Part shown: piece by piece, positions 1 through 6,150 of the stretch
Position numbering within the stretch: the stretch's first letter is position 1
Layout: each line of letters opens with the position of its first letter
Virus record (IMG/VR): IMGVR_UViG_3300023301_000028
Coordinates: 1-41,979 of that record
Length of the DNA stretch: 41,979 nucleotides
DNA from: a virus
Taxonomy: Duplodnaviria > Caudoviricetes
Direction: 5' to 3' (one strand)
Notes under the pieces: generated by a model
The model's input: the letters and a program-made list of their open reading frames with translations, nothing else
Told to the model about the DNA's origin: nothing
Databases searched by the model: none
Program-made: the position numbers and the translations under genes

Positions 1-12
1 AGGAGAAGAATT

Positions 13-195
13 ATGAAAAGAAAGTCCGCTAAAGAACAAAGTGATTATGTCGATGCTATTTTGTCAGGACATGTAACAAAGAAGCCTTGGATCGGTCTGA
101 CACCTTCCGAAACCGAAATTTTTAACATGTGGTTGGCGGGCGCAGGGGCAGCAGAGGCTATTGAGCTAGTACTAAAGGAACGCAATGACAACTAA
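13..195 (+). CDS. hypothetical phage protein (60 aa)
   Basis: AGGAGA SD at 1-6; KPWIGLTxxE...IELVLKERN pattern typical of small phage early proteins; overlaps next gene. Confidence 0.7.
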   Translation: MKRKSAKEQSDYVDAILSGHVTKKPWIGLTPSETEIFNMWLAGAGAAEAIELVLKERNDN

Positions 196-514
196 ACCCA
201 GCGGTCGCCAAGCTACCCGTGAGCAGACACAGCAGCGCTCGCGTGTACGTAATGCTTTGGATCAGGCAGGCTTTGGCAACATCAATACCATAGCAGCGAT
301 GCGTACAGCAGTTGTTGCCGAAGTCGGTAACGATCACTTGCCCGAATGGCAGCTCTTTGATTTGTATTTGTTATCACTTAAACATCGCTCACCTACGCCA
401 AAGTTTGTAAAGAACCGCCCGTACGTACTAGACAAGGCGATGCAGCTAGCAGCAAACAGAGCACAGGTTCAACCATCAATGTGCGGCATCCCCCACACAA
501 GGAGTAAAGAATGA
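185..514 (+). CDS. hypothetical phage protein (109 aa)
   Basis: AAGGA SD upstream; overlaps both neighbours in operon fashion. Confidence 0.7.
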   Translation: MTTKPSGRQATREQTQQRSRVRNALDQAGFGNINTIAAMRTAVVAEVGNDHLPEWQLFDLYLLSLKHRSPTPKFVKNRPYVLDKAMQLAANRAQVQPSMCGIPHTRSKE

Positions 515-897
515 CCGAGGACGAAGAATTTCAAATGCTGGAGCTAGAAATGCAACGCAAGCAGGGCGGCTACGCACACCCTATAAAAACGCTTACGCCT
601 GACGAGCAAGAAGCTATTGACGAACGTAATGCGTTGATTCGGCACAACATACTGACAGCGAACGCTAAGCTGGCAGCTAACGATAAACAAGTGGGCGGCG
701 ACCACTATAAAAAGATGGGTGTGCAGACATGGGATGTTGTTGGCACTTGGCCTATAGAGCAACAAATCGGTTACTACAGGGGCAATGCGCTAAAGTACAT
801 CATGCGTATGGGTGCGAAGGATCAGTCCGAGCAAGAGATTGGCAAGGGCATTCACTACCTTGAGAAGTTATTAGAAGTGTTCAAGGAATCAAGATGA
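511..897 (+). CDS. DUF3310 / SaV-like protein (T7 gp1.7 nucleotide-kinase family)
   Basis: QVGGDHYK...GNALKYIMRMGAKD...KGIHYLEKL matches the family signature; AAGGAG SD. Confidence 0.8.
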   Translation: MTEDEEFQMLELEMQRKQGGYAHPIKTLTPDEQEAIDERNALIRHNILTANAKLAANDKQVGGDHYKKMGVQTWDVVGTWPIEQQIGYYRGNALKYIMRMGAKDQSEQEIGKGIHYLEKLLEVFKESR

Positions 898-1082
898 ATG
901 TAATTATTATCTACCTAGAAGATACCGAAGACGGCAATGTCTTGGTGTCTGCCGAGGCGCTTGGCAATCCAGAAGGAGCGCTTGATCTAGCCAATGAGGT
1001 GCTGTCCGAGATACTAAACGCACCCGATACAAACTTCTTACGTAGCAGCGTCTTTACCCGTCCTGCTCAGCGCGTGCAATAA
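894..1082 (+). CDS. small acidic hypothetical protein
   Basis: ATGA overlap with upstream gene; AAGGA SD; 3' end overlaps the convergent primase gene. Confidence 0.65.
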   Translation: MNVIIIYLEDTEDGNVLVSAEALGNPEGALDLANEVLSEILNAPDTNFLRSSVFTRPAQRVQ

Positions 1083-1859
1083 CTCTTCCCCCGCAGCTTG
1101 CGCTCCCACCTGAATTTCATAGTCATTAAAGTCAAACCCTGCAACGTCTGATGCCCAGTACGGACGTTTGGTTTGCATGGCAACTTTGATGCCAGTAGCA
1201 TCGTTGTCCGCCACCACAAAACACGCAGGGAATTCCTTAGCAACCTCAACCAGATTCCCCGCCGAGAAGGTAACGTGGATGCGGTAGCGTGTCTTCACAG
1301 CCTTTAAAGCCCTACGTACTGACAGAGCTGTTGCATAACCCTCAGTAATGATGTCTACCCCTTTGTTATCGAACGTAGCTATAGCATTCTTTGTGACCTG
1401 TCCAGACAAAAACTTCTTATTGCCGGTTTTATCTATCAACTGACAACCCACAAGTCTTCCCAAGATACGCATCGGTATCACTAAAAGATCGTTCCACACC
1501 CATCCTTTCTCGTCTGAAAAGCCTTTCTTGTCCAGATACGGGTGACTTTGCTTGGAACATTGTTTCAATATCCATGCAGCCCTGTTTGCAGCCTCTTTTT
1601 GGGCTCTCTGGCGCTCTTGTAAGGCTTGGGCAGCCCTTTCCCTGTCTTTGACTGGATCACGCTTATACGTCGATTCTTGCGCCCATCTAATAGGCTTTTC
1701 ATGGATTGCCCAATTCTGTAGAAATGCCACATCGCCGTCGTATTTGTAGCTGCCGTTAAAGTGATGCGGCTTATCTGTGGTTTTAACTCTGACCCACCGG
1801 TGCATGACCAGACTTTTAATAATTAAACCGTGAGCAAGCGCAAAGGCTTCGAACGTCAT
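1038..1859 (-). CDS. Toprim-domain primase-like protein
   Basis: HPYLDKKG, LLVIPM, Q-x-I...KKFL-x-G, ITEGYATALS (Toprim Glu) and VVADND (DxD); coupled to helicase by ATGA overlap. Confidence 0.85.
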   Translation of the reverse strand: MTFEAFALAHGLIIKSLVMHRWVRVKTTDKPHHFNGSYKYDGDVAFLQNWAIHEKPIRWAQESTYKRDPVKDRERAAQALQERQRAQKEAANRAAWILKQCSKQSHPYLDKKGFSDEKGWVWNDLLVIPMRILGRLVGCQLIDKTGNKKFLSGQVTKNAIATFDNKGVDIITEGYATALSVRRALKAVKTRYRIHVTFSAGNLVEVAKEFPACFVVADNDATGIKVAMQTKRPYWASDVAGFDFNDYEIQVGAQAAGEELLHALSRTGKDAAT

Positions 1860-3334
1860 GCCGCTCTCGCTTTAGACTTCGCAAACGCAATTGTCCGCGA
1901 CCGAATCCAATTTAAAGTTTGAGGGCTAGCCTGTTCTGGGGCGGATGATAACCCCCTTGGCTCAGAGCTAAATTTTTCTTTGTATTTATGAAATGCCCAC
2001 CCGGGCTTGTAACCTTTGGCTTGCGCGTAGTAAATAAGTTGAGAATAGAAGGATTGATTGTCTACGCGTAACTTCTTATTGGCGGCTGCAAGCTCTTCTA
2101 GTTCACCCGGAACTGTCTGGACAGTAGACATCCTGACCTTGACATATCCACAAGACCCGCACGTATCAGACTTAAACGTCCATAATACCGAACACTTAGG
2201 GCATTTAGATTCTGTCTTCTCTTTCTCTGTTGGTTCTTTCTTGGCTGCCTCACCGCCGTCTTTAAGCGTACTCACGCCATTGGCAAAGACATCCTCCCAG
2301 TCATCTCTAAACCGGATGAAATTTCCAGAATGGTCAAGCCACAATGCAAAATCCTTGCCCTCATGGCTACGCATGACCCGTCCCATCTGCTGAACGTGGC
2401 TGCTAAAAGACTTGGAGAATGGTCTGGCCGAGATGCCGATCATCACATCCGAGACATCAAAGCCTTTAGTCAGAATGTCTGTGGCAATCAGGCCGGTAAT
2501 TCTGGAATCAGGCTTAGAGAATTGCTCAATAGTTTGCCTCTTAAACTCGTCGTCTTCTTTGTACGAGATAGAGACAAAGTTATACCCTGCCGCATTGAAT
2601 TGCTTTTCCAAGTCTTTGCCGTGGTTGACTCCGGAGCAAAATACGATAGTCTTTCTAGGCTCACCAAAGACTTCGTGTGTCTTCTTGACCCATTCGGTCA
2701 CGATGTCCCCAGTAATCTTCATACCACGACTAGCCACTTCATCTGCCGCCCATTCACCGGCCAGTTTCTTCGCCCCGCTCATGTCTATCTCTTTGGCGAT
2801 ATAGACTTTCAATGGGCACAAGAAGCTTTTTTCTATCAGCGCTTCTGTAGAGGTCGCAGTAATGACGTTAGTGTAAAGATCATTAAGACCTTTCGTAAAG
2901 GGCGTGGCCGATAAGCCAATGACACGCATCTGGGGATTGGCTCTAATGTAGTCGAGCATAGACTTATGAAGGACGTGCGCCTCATCGTACAAAAGAATAT
3001 CGGGTGTCTTAATCTTTCCACGACGAGCCAAGGTTTGAATAGAACAAACTTGGATTCGCTCTGACGGTCTGTAGCGCCAATGGCCGGCTTGCATGACGCC
3101 GTGATCTATTTGATACTTGCCAAGTCTTAGACTGGTTTGCTCGACCAAGACAACGCGATCCATAACCATCGCACATCTTTGGTATTGACGAGCATATTCT
3201 TGCATTATTGCAATAGCGCACTCTGTCTTTCCTGCGCCTGTAGGTGCATACAAAAACTGTCTTGTGTGCCCTGCGTTAAATCCATCCTCAAGCTTCTGAA
3301 TTGCGTAAGCTTGATGCTCTCTTAGGTTAAGCAT
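1856..3334 (-). CDS. superfamily 2 DNA helicase (DExH, SSL2/RadD-like) with C-terminal Zn ribbon
   Basis: APTGAGKT (Walker A), DEAH, GLSATP, GFDV, QQMGRVMR; CPKC...CGSC; AGGAGA SD. Confidence 0.93.
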   Translation of the reverse strand: MLNLREHQAYAIQKLEDGFNAGHTRQFLYAPTGAGKTECAIAIMQEYARQYQRCAMVMDRVVLVEQTSLRLGKYQIDHGVMQAGHWRYRPSERIQVCSIQTLARRGKIKTPDILLYDEAHVLHKSMLDYIRANPQMRVIGLSATPFTKGLNDLYTNVITATSTEALIEKSFLCPLKVYIAKEIDMSGAKKLAGEWAADEVASRGMKITGDIVTEWVKKTHEVFGEPRKTIVFCSGVNHGKDLEKQFNAAGYNFVSISYKEDDEFKRQTIEQFSKPDSRITGLIATDILTKGFDVSDVMIGISARPFSKSFSSHVQQMGRVMRSHEGKDFALWLDHSGNFIRFRDDWEDVFANGVSTLKDGGEAAKKEPTEKEKTESKCPKCSVLWTFKSDTCGSCGYVKVRMSTVQTVPGELEELAAANKKLRVDNQSFYSQLIYYAQAKGYKPGWAFHKYKEKFSSEPRGLSSAPEQASPQTLNWIRSRTIAFAKSKARAA

Positions 3335-3374
3335 TTATATCTCCTGACCGGATACCGCCGGACTTCGGATTTGT

Positions 3375-4166
3375 TTAGGCTGCTGCCTTCTCTGCTTGCT
3401 TCTTCCAGTATGCCAATTGCTTGAGCATATCTGCATTCTTGGCTTGGAGCTGATCTCTTGACGACTTCAATGCGTGGATCTCTGCCTCTTGTGTTTTGAT
3501 CGTGGCACGCAATTCTGCCATAGTATCTTCGATGCTGTGTTTTTCTTCTTGAGGGATGTCCATAACCTTCAAGGCTAGGCGATCCTTTAATGCGGCCAGC
3601 TCTTCTACCAGCTCGACGTTGGCGTGCGCTAGCTCTTTCATTGCCTCATCTTCTTGAGGAGGCGCTACAACGGGAGCCTTGCCAACTGGCTTGATGGTTT
3701 TCTCTTGGCCATGCTTATTAATGTATTTCTTCTCGGTAACGTCAAGATCTAGTACCTTGCGAACCCGACCCACGAATGCCGAAGAAACTTTGCACTTGCG
3801 AGCAATAGCAGCGTCTGACCATTCTGCCCACTCCATATCATTGAAGAGTGTCATCACGGCTTTACGCTTGTCTTCGTTCGAACGGCGTAGGCCATGATCG
3901 TCATTGACCCCGACTGCGTACAGCACCGCGTCACGCAAAGTTCCATTCATAACTTTGACGTCTACATCCTTAGCTCCGGCTTTTTTATACGCAAAGTAAC
4001 GATGGTATCCATCTACCAAGTAGTTCTGTATCCCGTCAAAGAAAACCGTGAGCGCCGGAAACTTATCGCCCTCTATCATGGCTTCCGCATACTCAGCGAC
4101 CGTCTCCTGTGAAATCTCTGTGCGAGACTGGGTTTGTTTGTTGAGTGTAATTTCTGTGATTAACAT
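3375..4166 (-). CDS. ParB/Srx-fold protein with HTH and C-terminal coiled coil
   Basis: LVDGYHRYFA ParB motif; WSDAAIARKCKVSSAFVGRVR helix-turn-helix; heptad-rich C-terminus. Confidence 0.85.
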   Translation of the reverse strand: MLITEITLNKQTQSRTEISQETVAEYAEAMIEGDKFPALTVFFDGIQNYLVDGYHRYFAYKKAGAKDVDVKVMNGTLRDAVLYAVGVNDDHGLRRSNEDKRKAVMTLFNDMEWAEWSDAAIARKCKVSSAFVGRVRKVLDLDVTEKKYINKHGQEKTIKPVGKAPVVAPPQEDEAMKELAHANVELVEELAALKDRLALKVMDIPQEEKHSIEDTMAELRATIKTQEAEIHALKSSRDQLQAKNADMLKQLAYWKKQAEKAAA

Positions 4167-4231
4167 TGTGATCCTTTAGACGTGCGTAAGCCGCTGCGAG
4201 GGCAGTCGGCCGTGTGTTTGTGTGTGTTCAT
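4160..4231 (-). CDS. putative 23-aa leader peptide MNTHKHTADCPRSGLRTSKGSQC
   Basis: AAGGGGA SD just upstream; ORF overlaps the ParB start (ATG 4166) and stops at 4160. Confidence 0.45.
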   Translation of the reverse strand: MNTHKHTADCPRSGLRTSKGSQC

Positions 4232-4272
4232 TCTATCCCCTTGTAAACACGATCCCTCAACCGTGTCTAGTA

Positions 4273-4301
4273 ATTCTATACTTGTAATCTAACGTTTGCA
4301 A
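4273..4301 (-). promoter_or_regulatory. sigma70-type promoter for the ParB-helicase-primase operon
   Basis: TTGCAA (4301-4296), 17 nt, TAGAAT (4278-4273). Confidence 0.7.
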
Positions 4302-4344
4302 TACTGTTAATTTGTACAGGAAATTTCTAAATGCGCAAAAAAAT

Positions 4345-4616
4345 TCGCCCCATAGGCTATCCAAGGGTGAGAGCAGTGGCAGTGTGCAGTTACGCAGTAT
4401 GCCCTTAGCCCTCCCGCCTGACCCAAATCATCCTCAAAATTCCTTAGACGATTCCAGTCCTACCTGAGTTAATGTTCGTCGATCCGTGTAAGTTCACCAT
4501 AGCCACAGATCTTGTGTAGTCGCCATCCAACGCTACGAGGCTTATTAGTGAGGGGTATCACCTGCCTATGTTTCCTTCCACGCAGCCCATTTAGGCTCTA
4601 TCTATCGTGTGGAGAA
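4345..4616 (-). ncRNA. candidate ~270-nt multibranch structured RNA (family unknown to me)
   Basis: Closing helix CAUAGGC (4570-4564)/GCCUAUG (4357-4351) plus GGUGA/UCACC; internal hairpins GAUCUGUG/CACGGAUC, AAUCGUCU/GGAUGAUU and AGCCU/GGGCU, whose mismatches become G-U pairs on the minus strand; no credible ORF. Confidence 0.55.
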
Positions 4617-4626
4617 CGGGAGAAAT

Positions 4627-4742
4627 AAAAAAACCGCAATAGTCAATGCCCCCTTGGAACGCAGTCTTTGTGGGACTGAACCCCTTGCGGGGTGGGACAC
4701 TGATTATTGCGGTCTTCTCTCATCGGCGTTCCAATTCCGACA
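4627..4742 (-). ncRNA. C4/CI-like antisense RNA with upstream target hairpin and intrinsic terminator
   Basis: 20-bp outer stem 4713-4694/4652-4633 (19 pairs, 2 G-U) followed by U7; inner ACCCC-GCAA-GGGGU GNRA hairpin and CAGUC/GACUG hairpin; junction GCGUUCCAA (4662-4654) complementary to UUGGAACGC (4734-4726) in the upstream hairpin. Confidence 0.72.
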
Positions 4743-4752
4743 ATATGTAGTA

Positions 4753-4781
4753 ATTGTATACCGCATAAAACAAAAAGTAAA
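4753..4781 (-). promoter_or_regulatory. sigma70-type promoter for the C4-like RNA
   Basis: TTTACT (4781-4776), 17 nt, TACAAT (4758-4753); predicted +1 near 4746, just before the first hairpin. Confidence 0.6.
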
Positions 4782-4907
4782 GTGTGGGCTCGATAAAGCA
4801 CGATTTCCATTAGACAACAAAACATTGGGCGAAGAGTGCAGGTGCGTGCCAGAACCTTTGTTGCAACGCCCTTTGTAACATTGGGCGGCTAAGACCCAAC
4901 CCCACAT
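4780..4907 (-). ncRNA. candidate ~125-nt structured sRNA
   Basis: 5' end GUGGGGUUGG pairs with 3' end UCGAGCCCAC, followed by a U-rich tail; CGCCC/GGGCG and GGCACG/CGUGCU helices; 11-nt direct repeat; extended -10 immediately upstream. Confidence 0.42.
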
Positions 4908-4911
4908 TTAT

Positions 4912-4920
4912 ACAATATCA
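4912..4920 (-). promoter_or_regulatory. extended -10 element
   Basis: TG-A-TATTGT; weak -35 TGGTCA at 4941-4936. Confidence 0.4.
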
Positions 4921-5015
4921 CAAAGAAGAATCCCCTGACCAGATAGGCGAGGGGATTCTAGGGGACGCTCAGGAGATATTACCTGTTGGAGAAACAGACC
5001 AAGGAGGGACTTGGT
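4920..5015 (-). ncRNA. candidate ~95-nt sRNA with anti-Shine-Dalgarno loops
   Basis: ACCAAG-UCCCUC-CUUGGU and CUGUU-UCUCC-AACAG hairpins, linker GUAAUAUCUCCUGAGCGUCCCCU, then the terminator; own strong promoter whose predicted +1 coincides with the first base of hairpin 1. Confidence 0.68.
4921..4959 (-). terminator. intrinsic terminator
   Basis: Perfect 10-bp stem AGAATCCCCT/AGGGGATTCT (4927-4936/4950-4959), 13-nt loop, followed by UCUUUG on the minus strand. Confidence 0.65.
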
Positions 5016-5021
5016 GTAAAC

Positions 5022-5050
5022 ACTATACCAATAAACCTTTATCGCTGCAA
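5022..5050 (-). promoter_or_regulatory. strong sigma70-type promoter for the anti-SD sRNA
   Basis: TTGCAG (5050-5045), 17 nt, TATAGT (5027-5022), with extended TG at 5030-5029. Confidence 0.72.
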
Positions 5051-5494
5051 TAGCCACAGCGCCATAAGTAAGGCATCCGCTCTTCCGTGGTGTTTCACTA
5101 ACTTCAGCGGCGCTTCCGGCCACAGTCCCCTAGCTAACTCAAGACTTGCGCTTTTATCCGTTCCGATAAGCCCGTGGTGCTTCTTCCACACCTGAGGACG
5201 TACCATTGAGACACTCGCCCCCGTGAGCGCTGCCACGGCCTCTATAGATCCGGCCGCCCTCATAAACTTCCCCGACGAAGCGATCCCCTGCCCCGGACGA
5301 ACCCAGACATCCTCTATGGCAATCTTTGCTGGGTCACGCAATAACTTGTACAAGTCTATGGCCAGAATCCTACCGTCAAGCACAGGTAGATCCCCGCACC
5401 CTACGAATGATCCGTCCTCGCCTATAGCGCCCCAAGCCCCAGAAGAGCTCCCCGGATCAATACCGTAAATTATTTTGCATGACATACTTGACAT
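5039..5494 (-). CDS. RuvC-like Holliday junction resolvase
   Basis: IYGIDPG, IAIEDV, PQVWKK and GRADALLMA acidic RNase H-fold motifs; start may be 5485. Confidence 0.82.
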   Translation of the reverse strand: MSSMSCKIIYGIDPGSSSGAWGAIGEDGSFVGCGDLPVLDGRILAIDLYKLLRDPAKIAIEDVWVRPGQGIASSGKFMRAAGSIEAVAALTGASVSMVRPQVWKKHHGLIGTDKSASLELARGLWPEAPLKLVKHHGRADALLMALWLLQR

Positions 5495-5517
5495 CCTTGC
5501 AACACATGAATTATGAT
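5488..5517 (+). promoter_or_regulatory. sigma70-type promoter for the rightward recombination operon
   Basis: TTGACA (5488-5493), 18 nt, TATGAT (5512-5517). Confidence 0.75.
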
Positions 5518-5571
5518 GTACCTAATCTGTTTGGAGACAGGTGTTGTACGAGGATAACACAGGAGAGCATT

Positions 5572-5727
5572 ATGGACTACAGCGAAATAATTATTCGCAT
5601 GACTCAGCGTCTCAAGCAATACCAAGACGCGATTAACAAGCAAGACATTCCCGCAGCCAAGACGCTTGCAGCAGTCATTTTTGAACTTTCTGACGAGCTT
5701 TTGTTTACCACGCGGAGTATGAAATGA
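5572..5727 (+). CDS. small hypothetical protein (51 aa, MDYSEII...)
   Basis: AGGAGA SD at 5561 supports ATG 5572 rather than the track start at 5479. Confidence 0.7.
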   Translation: MDYSEIIIRMTQRLKQYQDAINKQDIPAAKTLAAVIFELSDELLFTTRSMK

Positions 5728-5867
5728 ACGCATTTTCTATTGCGTGCGAAGACGCATTCTACGAAACATTTAAAGACATATCGTTCCCAGACGATGCGGC
5801 CATACATATTTGGCGATCAGCATGGGCAGCAGCTATGAAACACGTTGAGGAGCACGACAATGAATAG
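5724..5867 (+). CDS. small hypothetical protein (47 aa, MNAFSIACEDAF...WRSAWAAAMK)
   Basis: Not in the ORF track; GGAG SD, ATGA overlap, fills the operon gap. Confidence 0.65.
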   Translation: MNAFSIACEDAFYETFKDISFPDDAAIHIWRSAWAAAMKHVEEHDNE

Positions 5868-6150
5868 TCAAGAGTTTAACGAAAAGGAAATGGAACTCAC
5901 ACGTATTCTTGTAAAAACTATAAAAGAATTTACTGACCAAGAAAATTTGGAAATGGGAATAAAAATTTCATTGCGTGCTTTGGTAACAGTCTCTGCCGGC
6001 ACAATATTTATGCTTAGCTCGCAGAATAAATATAGCGACAAAACGGTGTTGGAATATTTTGTTGATTCACTTATGAAATCGGTAGACATTTTTCAATCAT
6101 CCGCAGATCAATCCGCAGCAGTCATTAACAAAGCGATGGGGAAACAATGA
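5860..6150 (+). CDS. hypothetical protein
   Basis: GAGGAG SD before ATG 5860; overlaps both neighbours. Confidence 0.7.
   Translation: MNSQEFNEKEMELTRILVKTIKEFTDQENLEMGIKISLRALVTVSAGTIFMLSSQNKYSDKTVLEYFVDSLMKSVDIFQSSADQSAAVINKAMGKQ

Noticed and set aside
4633-4713. tRNA gene (cloverleaf-like fold)
   Set aside because: No T-loop GTTCRA, no D-loop and no 7-bp acceptor stem; the 20-bp stem with U-tract fits a C4-like RNA. I found no tRNA elsewhere in the window.
4920-5015. Plus-strand CsrB/RsmZ-like sponge (GGA in hairpin loops)
   Set aside because: Disfavoured rather than excluded: the strong promoter and terminator polarity point to the minus strand, the plus-strand TACAAT at 4911 lacks a good -35, and not all loops fit ANGGA.
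4609-5195. Track ORFs in the control region (4609-4878, 4643-4825, 4704-4907, 4908-5123, 4986-5195)
   Set aside because: They overlap each other on both strands, mostly use alternative starts, show no recognisable motifs, and cross clear promoters, hairpins and terminators.
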